Shown here: positions 13,821-25,694 of the stretch, piece after piece
Layout of the letters: every line of letters starts with the position of its first letter
Numbering within the stretch: the stretch's first letter is position 1
Origin: Felis catus
Taxonomy: Eukaryota
Length of the DNA stretch: 64,000 bases
Reading direction: 5' to 3'
NCBI RefSeq assembly: GCF_018350175.1
Contig: NC_058368.1
Location: 202,556,001 to 202,620,000, forward strand
The notes under the pieces: model-generated
The model's input: the letters and a program-made list of their open reading frames with translations, nothing else
The model's database searches: none
What the model was told of the DNA's origin: nothing
Program-made: the position numbers and the translations under genes

Positions 13821-15648
13821 AGACTGGCAACAGTTGTAGAGGAAACCATGCTCAGACTAAGGCCAGATGGAGGGAGTGGGTGCCAGTGGCAGCATTGCAG
13901 GGAAGCTGTGTGTAGCGGTGATGAATTGAACTTGGCCGGGTTCCTCTCCAATAAATAGGCAAGTTGGAAAGGGAAGGAAAAGGGCAGAAACTATGGAGCA
14001 TCACATAAGCTGCACAATTGTTCACTTGAGTGTGGTCCATGTTAATGTGAAATCTATATTTTCTACTTTTTTTTTTTCATGATGTAAAACATGCTAATGT
14101 CTCTGCTGTATCAAAAAAGAAAAAAAAACGGTTCGTGGTACAATTTCTGTTCTAATAGACTCGCTATAAAACATTTCCTCTACAAAGTATTTTTTTTCTT
14201 TCATCCCTAGCCTCACAACTAACGATCTCCTAACTCTTATTATTACAGTGTTATCTCTTTATTGTTGATGGTGAATGGGAATATTTATTTTTATTAAAAA
14301 ATGTTACCATTAGTTTGCAGTTTTGTAGCTACTAGATGAGTAACATTGTCTCTTCTGAATATTTTCAAGGCATTTCCTTTGAGTTAATAAGAATTTTCTA
14401 TTCTCCATGAGCTTTTATGATATAATAATCAGGATTAATATTAAATGAATGGAAAAGAAGGATGACAATTAATTTAGTAAGAAAAACATGATCTCTGTAG
14501 AGAGCTGTACCTTTAAACAAACAGTTTGTTCTGTGGGAAAGGTTTTAAAGCGTTTCCAACTCATGAATAAAGATGGAGATAAAAATAAAACAAAAAGTAA
14601 TTTAACAAGATATATTTGAGTTGTAATTTCCTTTTTTGTTGATAAAAAACAGCTTATATTTGTGTTGCTTGAATTGTTACCTCCTTATTTAGTTGGAATG
14701 AAAAAAAAACCCTAGAAAACAGAGGTACAAACATGTAAAAACATGGTCATTAGTATTAATTATTAATATTAATATTTCAATGATATTTCATTATTTTTTT
14801 CTAGAAGTGTTGAACTGACAATCAAATGGGAGATGGATTTTGTTTTCCAAATGACTAGTGTCGGTCAGCTGGTAACTGGCACCACTCATTGGTGACAGAT
14901 ATGAAAATGTAATTGCTTATAGATTGATTCCTAGAAGTAAAACATGTAAGATGTCTTAAAAACAATAAAATATTTTTTCCAAATATTTTTTTTTTGGTTT
15001 TCACATGGCAAAAGGCAGTCTTACTCAGTCTGAACTATATTTTAGTATGTAAATAAATGTAATCTGTAAGTAAACTTTATTATTTTTATTGTGAGTTGCA
15101 ATTATTTATCTAATACAGTTTCATTCTGGTATATATAACTATACTACTCTTGTTACTTGAGCAAAGAGAAGATGAGCAAGATTGTACTTAGAGTTATTTA
15201 GGCTTGAACTTACGAAGACGTAGTAACACCTTTATTTGGTAAGGACAAGGAGTGACATGTTAATGTAAGCCTGATTAGCCAATTTTCCTTGTTTCTAATA
15301 GGTGCTCAATAATAATCATATTATATATTGATGAAAAATCAAACTGCCATTTGAAAATGGTAAAATATTATGTATTTTATCTTATGTATGAATTAATATA
15401 TATTAAAATTATGGCAATTCTAAATGTGTTAAAAAATAAATGGTATGGTTTTAATTTACCCTCCTGTAGTTCCAGCAGTTTTCAACACTTAGACAGTTTG
15501 TTTTAACTATATGCAAACTTCTTTCCACATATAATTATGAAAAAATCCCAGGTAGAATACCATTTTGCTTATTAAAAGTTGAACTATTAAAAATGAAGAT
15601 GTTAAAAAATAAAATATTAATGTGCTTTAAAAAAAAGACACATTTCTT

Positions 15649-15865
15649 GGGGCATCTGGGTGGCTCAGTCTGTTAGGCATCCGACTTTGGCTCAGGTCAT
15701 GATCACATGGTTCTTGGGTTGGAGCCCCATGTTGAGCTCTTTGCTGACCACTGGGATCCTGGAGCCTGCTTCCCATTATGTGTCTCCCCCTCTCTGCTCC
15801 TCCCCCACTCATGCTCTGTCTCTCTCTCTCAAAAATAAATAAAGCTTAAAAATATTAAAAAAAAC
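15649..15865 (+). mobile_element. CanSINE
   Basis: ggggcatctgggtggctcagtc head and aaaataaataaa tail. Confidence 0.92.
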
Positions 15866-15871
15866 ATTTAT

Positions 15872-15988
15872 TTCTTTTTTTTTAACTTTTATTTTTAAGT
15901 AATCTGTACACCCAGCCTGTGGTGGGAACTTACAACCCTGAAATCAAGAGTCACCTGCTACACCCATGGAGCCAGCCAGGTGTGCCCC
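15872..15988 (-). mobile_element. Short older-type CanSINE
   Basis: aacttacaaccctgaaatcaagagtc...gagccagccaggtg. Confidence 0.8.
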
Positions 15989-16916
15989 CCACCACTCCCA
16001 TTTGTTTATTTTCATTAGTCAGTACTCACATTTCCCACATGTCTTCCTTTCTTTTTCATTTAAAACTTTTTTTCTAATCAGAATCCAAGTAAAGATATCT
16101 CCTAAGTATCATTTAGTCTGAATGTAGATCCAAAATCAGTTTCTATCTCTGTCTCTCTTTCTCTGTCTCTCTCCTTCCTTTGGTGTATGTTGGAGAAGCC
16201 TATTCATTTGCCTTCAGTTTCCCAAGGTCTGGAGAGTGCTAATGTCAAAATGTTATCTTCCCTTTATTTCCTTTAACTTAGTAGTAAGATTCACGTTTGA
16301 TTTTTTTTTTTTTTTTTTTTTTTTTTGGCGAGACTCTATCACAGGTGGTGGTGTGTGCTTACATCAGAAGGAACATACCGTCTTCTCTGTGATGTTAGAA
16401 GCCACTGCCTAAATCCATTGTTTCATTAAAGGTCACAAAACAGTGAAATTCTAATTAGCATACTCTTTCTTCATGTATTCACTGAATACTTAACATTTCA
16501 TCAAGTACTCTGTTCACCTACAATGTTTCCTATAGGAAAGGAGAGCTAAAAGTTTGATTCTTTTGATTTATTTACTTTATTTATTCATTTTAACTATTGT
16601 GTTATCTTCTATTGTACGTATATACCAACATTTGCATTGTTTCTAATTTTGTATAGGTATACATATTACTGCGATACGAATACTTACACGTTTGGACAAT
16701 TTCTACTTCAGTATTGCCAATTTTTTTCACATGCAAGTACATAAAAATTTCTCTTGACTCAACATTCACTTATTTATTAAATGTTCATTATTATTATTCT
16801 TTTTGTTAACCTCCTATTACTGTCCTCAGACTTTCTTTTAGATGTTTTATTTAATTTACTTAGCAATTTTATTTGGTGGATACTGTTATTATTCTGAATT
16901 TAAAAGTGAGAAAATG

Positions 16917-17120
16917 AGAGCACGTGGGTGGCTCAGTTGGTTAAGCATCCAGTTCTTGATCGTGTCTCAGGTCATGATCTTACCCTTCCTCAGATCGAGT
17001 CCTGCGTGGGGCTCTCCACTGACATCATGGAGCCTGCTTGGGATTCTCTGTCTTCCTCTCTCTCTGCTCCTCCCCTGCTCTCTCCCTCTCTTTCTCTCAA
17101 AAATAAATAAACATTAAAAA
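16917..17120 (+). mobile_element. CanSINE (older member of a tandem pair)
   Basis: gggtggctcagttggttaagcatcc head and an A-tail. Confidence 0.9.
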
Positions 17121-17132
17121 AATAAAAGTGTA

Positions 17133-17351
17133 GGGGTGCCTGGGTGGCGCAGTCGGTTAAGCGTCCGACTTCAGCCAGGTCACGATCTCACGGTCCGTGA
17201 GTTCGAGCCCCGCGTCGGGCTCTGGGCTGATGGCTCAGAGCCTGGAGCCTGTTTCCGATTCTGTGTCTCCCTCTCTCTCTGCCCCTCCCCCATTCATGCT
17301 CTGTCTCTCTCTGTCCCAAAAATAAATAAATGTTGAAAAAAAAATTTTTTT
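17133..17351 (+). mobile_element. Young SINEC_Fc-type CanSINE
   Basis: CpG-rich, with intact A box (TGGCGCAGTCGG) and B box (GTTCGAGCC). TSD aaataaaagtgta at 17120-17132 / 17352-17364. Confidence 0.95.
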
Positions 17352-19555
17352 AAATAAAAGTGTAAAAATAAAGGCAAATAAACATTGAGTAACTTGTACA
17401 TAGCTAGTAAGGGATAGAGTCAAAATTATTTGGCCCAGTGTTATCTTAATTATTAAAAATGGTAGATCCCATTACTCTTTGAAATTGCATTCATTCTTGA
17501 TTATTAGTGATATTCAACCTTTTTCATGTGTTTGTTGGCCATTCTGATTCTCTTTTAGTATTGCCTTTTGTACATATCCTTTACCCTTTTTCCCCTTCTT
17601 AGCTATCCTCATTTACACATTAATGTCAGTTCAACATCAACCATAATTCATCTATTTGCCGAAAGTACTAGTTTTGTTATTTTTCAGGCTACATATTAAA
17701 TAAAAGTGTAGTATATGGCAGAATCCCTTCTGTACACTTGGATTATAATTGGTGAGACCATATCCTTCTGAATTTTAAAGAGGTTATTCAAACATGTTTC
17801 AACTGCAACTGGTAAACACTAAATGATACTGTAGCTTTTGCACAGTAGTCCTGACATTTACATTATATATAATATAATGCAAACAATACATTGTAGTTTT
17901 ACATATGCCTGAATTTACATATGTCTGAATTCTGTCAAACAGTGTGGGAAAGAGAAGAGTTAATGAAACATTATTTCCATCCTGAAATTTACAACCTGGT
18001 TGAGGGAGCAACTCCAAAACAAATAAATTAGGGACTCATTTAAAGGGAAAATAATCACATTCTAGTAAATCTATGCTGAAAACATATGAAATTTTGCCTT
18101 TCAGAAGACTGTTTAAATATTTTAATATCTTCCTAGAAAAATAACATAACAAGAATCTAGCATTAAATGAACTCTTAGCTATTTAAAATAAATGTATTTT
18201 TAAATTATTTTTGAACTTTTTTTCCTAAAGCCTAGAGATAAAATAATAAATAAGATAGGATCTCTCAAGGAGTGCATTATTGGGTAAAACAAAGTAAATG
18301 AAAATGAACTGATTTTAATAAGCCTTGCATAATCTCAGAAGTTCATGCTAACTGTTCCTATACTGTGCAAATATAATAAGATTATAAAATTAGAATGTTA
18401 ACAGTGAGTAGGTTTTTGAAGATGGAAATATATGTGAGATTTGATTTTTTTAACTTCTTTGATTATATTTATATTTTCAAAATGCCATTTAGGACCCTAA
18501 ATTATTTTACCTCGAAAAAGTAGTATTCATCTTCAGAGTAGTGGTTAAATGAATGTTAGGACATCCCTATATTAAAATACTACTAAACTGTTAAAACTCT
18601 ATTGCAGCAATTTTCTGTGTGTTAATAAAGAAAACCTTTCAAGATATAATAATTGAGAAAAACAAGGTAAATAAAGCACATATAAATATTCTTATTTATG
18701 TTTATTTAAAAAGGATATGTAGTGTGTGTGCAAATGCTGTGCACATAGTATTTATGTTACATAAAGAATTCTAGAAATGTAAGAAACTTAATGACAGTGC
18801 TTACCTCAAGGAAATGGCTTCACAGTTACCTTTTAAAAGATATAAACTTTTGAACTGTTTACATGTTTTAAGTCATGTGTTATCAGCTATTATTACTAAT
18901 GTAATATTACTCAATCAGCAGGAATTTCAGATATTTAAAACACTTTTTTATGGAAATGCACTATTAACATACAGACAAAGATATGCTTGGAGCTAATATA
19001 CTTTCAATCTGTAAGCAATTATTACTATTGATGTCCTAATGGGAAATTTATATATGTCTTAATGAGCTGTGAAAAATAAAATTCAAGGTCTTACACTGTG
19101 TGTCCTTGTGAAAGATAAAATGATTTAGGAGTCCCTGCAATTTGCCCTTTCAGTTTAATCACTGGCTGTTTCATTGCTTGACATTCATATAATTATTAAA
19201 AATCTCAAAGCAATGTGTACAAGCCTTATTTGCTGGTTAGTGACATTCTTAAGAAAATAAATGCGTAATTATTTTTCTTTTAGAATAAGAATCCGCAGTG
19301 ATGGTTCAAAGTATTTGATTAAGTATAATAATTTGAATTACTAAAAAGATAAAGCATATTGTTAGATTGTTTGTAGTAGTATAAATTCCAAAAGGTATCC
19401 AAGAACCCCTAGATGACACTAGATGCTTCAAAATTTAAGAAAAAAAAAATTTCTAAATCATTTTGGAAAGTTAACACAATAATCATTTTCCTGTTCCATA
19501 GTAAACATATCTTTTTGGATGCCTGTTTACCTCAAATATGTTCCAAGGCATTCTT

Positions 19556-19787
19556 TCTTTTTTTAATTTCTTTAAATGTTTATTTTTGAGAGAGAGAGAG
19601 AGAGAGAGAGAGTGAGCATAAGTGGGAAGGGACAGAGTGAGAGAGAGAGAGAGGGAGACACAGAAACCGAGGCAGGCTCCAGGCTCTGAGCTGTCAACAC
19701 AGCCCCATGCGGGGCTTGAACTCACAAACAGTGAGATCATGACCTGAGCAGAAGTCAGATGCTTAACCAACTAAGCCACCCAGGCAA
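19556..19787 (-). mobile_element. CanSINE
   Basis: T-tail, (GA)n, ends agccacccaggca. Confidence 0.92.
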
Positions 19788-20046
19788 TTCTGTTGCATCC
19801 TTAATATTATTTTTATTGACATGATTTTTAGCATATTTTGATTGAGGAGACAGGAAGGATTGAAATAACGAGCTGTTGTTTAAAATAATTGTAAGGACCT
19901 TACAAAATACTTATTTTTTTCTACTGTGTGTTCACTTTCATGATACATCTCTATCCATTTTATTATTTGGCTCCCAAAGTGAGATTATTTTGAATGAAAT
20001 TATATATTTGTAGGTGCTGTTAATTTCAGGTAAAAATAGGTTTGTA

Positions 20047-20259
20047 GGGGTGCCTGAATGACTCAGTTGGGTGAGCATCCAAATGCGGCTCAGGTCATGA
20101 TCTCACAGTCTGTGATTTTGAGCCCCTGTTGGGCTCTGTGCTGACAGCTCAGAGCCTGGAGCCTGCTTTAGATTCTGTGTCTCGCTCTCTCTCTGCCCCT
20201 CCCTCGCTCGCACTCGCTCTCTCTCTTTCTCTCTCTCCCCAAAATAAATAAACATTAAA
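20047..20259 (+). mobile_element. CanSINE
   Basis: TSD aaaaataggtttgt at 20032-20045 / 20260-20273. Confidence 0.93.
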
Positions 20260-21055
20260 AAAAATAGGTTTGTTAATGATAAAATTAGTGTCAAAAATGC
20301 CATTATAAAAGCAGTTATTATGTTAAGTCTATGCAATTAAAACCTGATTATCATTAAAAGCTAAGCATGAAAATGTATATATAAAAATCTTTATCTTATA
20401 CAAAGCTTCACCAAAAATATCCCTTTATATAATGAGTTTTGTTGTTTAATTATACAGTTTTGCACAGTGGCAGTATCGTAGCCAGTGAGGTTTATCTGAG
20501 GCACAGATTATTGCTGTTGTTTAATTATAATTGATGTATATTATGATTACATTTGATTTATAAGAAGCTTTTAAGAATCTATATTATGTAAAAGATTTAT
20601 TATATGTAATAAATGTAATGTGTTATAATGTATTAGCATTCAACTGTTTTTAACTATCATTTTTCTCTCTTTATTGTAAGTATTTTTGTAATAGTTACTT
20701 CTTAATCATCCATTTGTTTTAGAGTTCAGAATAACTTAAAAAATTAAGCAAAGACATAATTGTTAAAATTCACAATATTCATTTGCTCTTTCAAGAGAGT
20801 CAAATTCCGCTTTCAGTTAGGATACTAATTTTCCTTTGAATTACAATGATTATTGCAATATATTTGACATTTAATTAATATGTGCATTTAATAAATATGT
20901 AATGGGTGCTTACCATGTGCTATGATAAACTAGAATCAACCCTACATTTAGTTGCAGAATAATGGAATATACAATTTAACAATATCAAACAGTAATTTTA
21001 GGTAAAGAGAAGCTCTACAGAGAAAATAAAACCTGGGTAATAGTTTTGTATGATT

Positions 21056-21087
<32 letters not shown>

Positions 21088-21547
21088 TTTTTGTTGAATC
21101 TATCTTAATAATCATCTTCACTTCTTTGGCAGTATTTTACAAAGCAAACACTCTACATTGTTTTTCCAGTAGTTTGCTAAGTTTCAGATATTTAATCAAT
21201 TATTATATTGAGTGAATGAAGATTCTAAAATTTGCATTTTATAAGCATTATAACATATCCCAACTAGAATGCAGGCTCCTTGGGTACAGAGAACATATGA
21301 CTATAATGTTTACTATAAAATTTCAGTGTCTAGAAGACTATATATTGTTCACAAAAATTTGCTACCTGATTGGCCCACCATTTACCAGCTTTAAGGCACA
21401 TAAAGTTTGATATTATTCTTCGGCAAGTGTGAACCTGACACAAGGAATGAATGAAGAACAAGGAAGCCAGTGTGGTCCCAGCTCAGCCAGAGATGAGGCA
21501 GGAATTAGGGGGTAGGGTCAGAGAAGCAACTGTCACCAGACCTTCTA

Positions 21548-22025
21548 GTACCGTGATTTCCAGAGAAAAAAATAGTATGGACTATATATGTAAGTTTTAA
21601 TTTTTTAGTACGTATGATAAAAATATAAAAATAAGCAGATAAATGGGTGAAATAAGTGAAGTGGATTACAAGTACATTTATCATGATGAGCACTGAGTAA
21701 TGTACAGAATTGTTGAATCATTATATTGTACACCCCAAACTGTATGTTAATTATACTTAAATTAAAACATTTTTAAGTAAAAATAAAAAGTAAGCAGATA
21801 AAATTAATGTTATATTTTATTTACTCCAAAACATGCAAAATAAAATTTTCAGTTGTAATCAATGTAAAAGTATTAACAAAGTGTTTTACTTTTTAAGTCT
21901 TTAAAATTACATTTTTTCATTCTAAGTCTTTGAAGTTCAGTGTATAATTTATATATACAGCATATTTCAATTTTGCCCAGACATATTTCAAGTGCTCAGT
22001 AGCCACATGTGGGCAGTGTAGCTCT
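21548..22025. mobile_element. MER33-like hAT-Charlie MITE (interrupted)
   Basis: ctaagtctttgaagttcagtgta...atttcaagtgctcagtagccacatgtgg matches the recalled MER33 body and end. Confidence 0.75.
21644..21790 (+). mobile_element. Short L1 3' end inserted into MER33
   Basis: gatgagcactgagtaatgtacagaattgttgaatcattatattgtacacc plus an A-rich tail. TSD taagcagataaa at 21632-21643 / 21791-21802. Confidence 0.8.
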
Positions 22026-22087
22026 AGTGTCTTGTAAACCATCGTAAAGACTGGCTTCTAACTTGCTTTGGGAGATCATTTAAAGGT

Positions 22088-22281
22088 TTTATTTAAACTC
22101 CAGTGAGTTAGCATACAGTGTAATATTAGTTTCAGGTATACCATATAGAAAGTCAACAGTTTTATACATCACCTGGTGCTCATCACAACAAGTGAACTCC
22201 TTAATCCCCATCACCTATTTAACCCATTCCCCACCCACCTCCCCTCTGGTAACCATCAGTTTGTTCTCTATTCCATTCCAT

Positions 22282-22340
<59 letters not shown>

Positions 22341-22343
22341 CAT

Positions 22344-22390
<47 letters not shown>

Positions 22391-22421
22391 TACATCTTCT
22401 TTATCCACTCAACGGTCAATG

Positions 22422-22488
<67 letters not shown>

Positions 22489-22525
22489 TCCATTGTGTGT
22501 GTATATATATATATATATATTCCAT

Positions 22526-22581
<56 letters not shown>

Positions 22582-23848
22582 AAGGGTACTTGGAATGTTT
22601 CCATAATTTGGCTATTATTGATAATGCTGCTATTTGGGCTGTATGTATCCCGTTGAATTAGTATTTTTGTATTCTTTGGGTAAATACCTAGTAGTGCAAT
22701 GTTGGATCGTAGGGTAGTTCTGTTTTTAGGAGGAAACTCCATACCGTTACCCAGAGCGCCAGCACCAGTTTGCATTCCCACAAGCAGTTTAAGAGGGTTC
22801 CCCTTTCTCCACATTCTCACCAACATCTGTTGTTTCCTATATTGTTAATTTTAGCCATTCTGACAGTGTGCAGTGGTATCTCATTGTAGTTTTGATTTGC
22901 ATTTCCCTGCTGATGAGTGATGTTAAGCATCTTTTCATGTGGCTGTTTGCCATCTGGATGTCTTCTTTGGAAAATGTCTATTTGTGTCTTCTGCCCATTT
23001 CTTCACTAGATTATTTGTATTTGGGGTGTTGAGTTCAGTAAGTTATTTATAGATTTTGGATACTAACTCTTTATCAGATATGTCATTTGCAAATATCTTC
23101 TCCCATCCTGGAAGTTGCCTTTTAGTTTTGTTGATTGTTTCCTTCACTGTGCAGAAGCTTTTTATTTTGATGTAGTGCCAGTAGTTTATTTTTGCCTTTG
23201 TCTCTCTTGCCTCCGGAGACATATCTAGTAAGAAGTTGCTACAGCCTTTGTCAAAGACATTATTATCTGTGTTGTCCTATAGGATTTTATGGTTTCATTT
23301 TCCTGCTTGTCTAAGATTGATTGGCCATATAGTTATGGGTTCATTTCTCAGTTTTCTATTTGTTCTGTTGATCCATGTGTCTATTTTTGTGCCAGTACCA
23401 TACTGTTTTGATCACTATAGCTTTGTAACATAACTTGAAGTCCAGAATTGAGATATCTCCAGCTTTGCTTGTCTTTTTCAAAGTTGCTTTAGCGATCTGA
23501 GATTTTTGTGGTTACATAAACATTTTAGGATTGTTTGTTCTAGCTCTGTGAAAAATGCTACTGATATTATGATAAGGACTTCATTAAATATGTTATGTAG
23601 ATTTCTTGGATAGTATAGACATTTTAACAATATTTGTTCTTCTAATCTATGAGCATGGGATGCTTTTCCATTTATTTGTGTCATTTTTAACTTCTTTCAT
23701 TGGTGTTTTATCATTTCAGAGTACACGTCTTTCACCTCTGTGATTAGGTTTATTTCTGGTATCTTATTGGTTTTGGTACAATTGTAAGTGGGACTGATTT
23801 CTTATTTTACTCTCTGCTACTTCATTAATGGTATATAGAAATGCAAAA
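22088..23848 (-). mobile_element. 5'-truncated carnivore L1 (3' ORF2 + 3'UTR) with internal deletions and a microsatellite expansion
   Basis: ORF fragments 22416-22826 and 23478-23684 (FFTELEQTILK) are L1 ORF2 C-terminal sequence, collinear with the 25.7-27.5 kb copy. Confidence 0.93.
22270..22578. repeat. Higher-order ttccattg(TG)n(TA)n x4 plus (CT)n inside L1
   Basis: Read directly. Confidence 0.93.
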
Positions 23849-24300
23849 ACATTTCTGAAGAATGGTGTGACATGACTCAGGTTTTAGTGAACTGGCTGCT
23901 GTATTGCTAATGGTATAAACATGGGTAGATGCCTTGATTATTGTACTGACACAGGCAATAGATGAGAATGGTTAGGGCCAGGCTGTTAGTGGAAGAGGTA
24001 GTGAAAGAGGCTAAGGTCCGGATGTATTTTAAAATTAGAACCCTCACTTGGCTTGGATATAAACTGGAAAAGACAGAATGGAACAAAAGGTCATCTCCAG
24101 GATTTTTGTTTATATGAGCTTATATCTAGACAAGGAATTAGTTCTTATTTCTAGATTTGTGATTTCCAGGTAAAGGTGCATACTTTCCTGTGCATACACT
24201 AGATAATACAGTGGGTAAGAAAGAAAATAAGAGCATTTAAACTATTAGGAAATATAAGAACTACTCCCTGGAAGATTGTTAACCCGTCACATCCACACAC

Positions 24301-24302
<2 letters not shown>

Positions 24303-24348
<46 letters not shown>
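24303..24348. repeat. (CA)n microsatellite
   Basis: Read directly. Confidence 0.97.
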
Positions 24349-24351
<3 letters not shown>

Positions 24352-25130
24352 ACCAGTGCAACTTGACTCCAGCTGGCTTCATACTGGTAAAGAAATTAGT
24401 TACAATTATAATATAGTATAATCAGGATTATTTAGTATTTTACTCTGTAAAAGTAGAAATTGCCACTGGGAAGACCCTAATCAACCATCATTTTGCTCTG
24501 CTGCCCACTTAGTCATTTGAAACTGCCATCTAATCAAGTTTCAGTTTGCATGTTAAACCTTGTGTAATGTTACTCATCATCAATTTATGACATTTTACTC
24601 TCCTTGATAGCATTTGATTTTATTTTACAGTAACTATTAGGATAGAGAGTATGATAAAAAGGGGAAAATTCATCAAAAGAAGAGTTGTGCAGTTATACAT
24701 GTAGATTTTCTTAAAATCTATAAAAAGTGTCATTAGGAATTTTAATAAAGTGAGGAGAAAATCATGCCACTCCCTACTGAGAATTACTAAGCAAAACAGT
24801 GAGTTCACAGAACATAAATTATTTTTTCCAAGTCATTTTCATCTACTAACAGATTGAATTTAAGGTCATACGGCCAAGCTATTAATTTTAGGATTTATTT
24901 ATGATTATGCAAACTTTTAGGCTGTATCACCATGGTGACTAATAATGTTTAAATTATGTGCTAAGATCAGACACATTATTGCACAAATGCAATCCAATTT
25001 TGAACAAGAATTATAGGTTATTGAAGCTACAATGTGAAATGACAAGTTGATACTTTACCAAATCTAATATCCATTCACCTAATCCAAAAATCCTTCACCC
25101 GTATGTCTACGTACTACACATTACTTACTA

Positions 25131-25357
25131 TTTTTTTTTAATTTTTAATGTTTATTTATTTTGAGAGAGTGCAAGAGAGAGAGAGTGAGTGAGTGTACAA
25201 GTGGGGCACAGGCAGAGAGCGAGGGGAACAGAGGATCTGAAGTGGGCTCTGTGCTTACAGCATAGAGAGCCCGATGTGAAACTCGAAATCATGAACCAGG
25301 AGATCATGACCTGAGCCGAAGTCGGATGCTTAACAGACTGAGCCACCCAAGTGCCCC
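25131..25357 (-). mobile_element. CanSINE
   Basis: gagatcatgacctgagccgaagtcggatgctt...gagccacccaagtgcccc. Confidence 0.92.
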
Positions 25358-25694
25358 TACATATTATGTATTATTTTAGACACTGTGAAAATTGTTTGTG
25401 TCCAGGACTGGTAAATAAGAATCTTTTTAATAAACACATTAATTTAAACTTGATTTACAAAAATCTTAAACATTTTAAGTGAATTAATAAGTTTTTACCT
25501 GAATCATTGAGTCTTTATTTACATTGTTAAAATCTATCAGAAAAATGGCGTAACTTTCTACTTGCTTTAAAATCTGTAGTATGGCCACAACATGATGTAG
25601 CATGCCTTAGCTAGAACACATTAATTTTAAAACAGAAAATTTGCATTCTTCTAAATTGTCCAAATTTTATAATTTTTAAATGTTTACTTATTTA

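Noticed and set aside
17133..17210. tRNA genes at SINE heads
   Set aside because: The A/B boxes belong to tRNA-derived CanSINEs followed by (CT)n and A-tails.
22176..22661. Long ORFs in several frames (also 3087-3362, 11518-11912, 46968-47205, 63409-63672)
   Set aside because: Stop-free translations of microsatellites.
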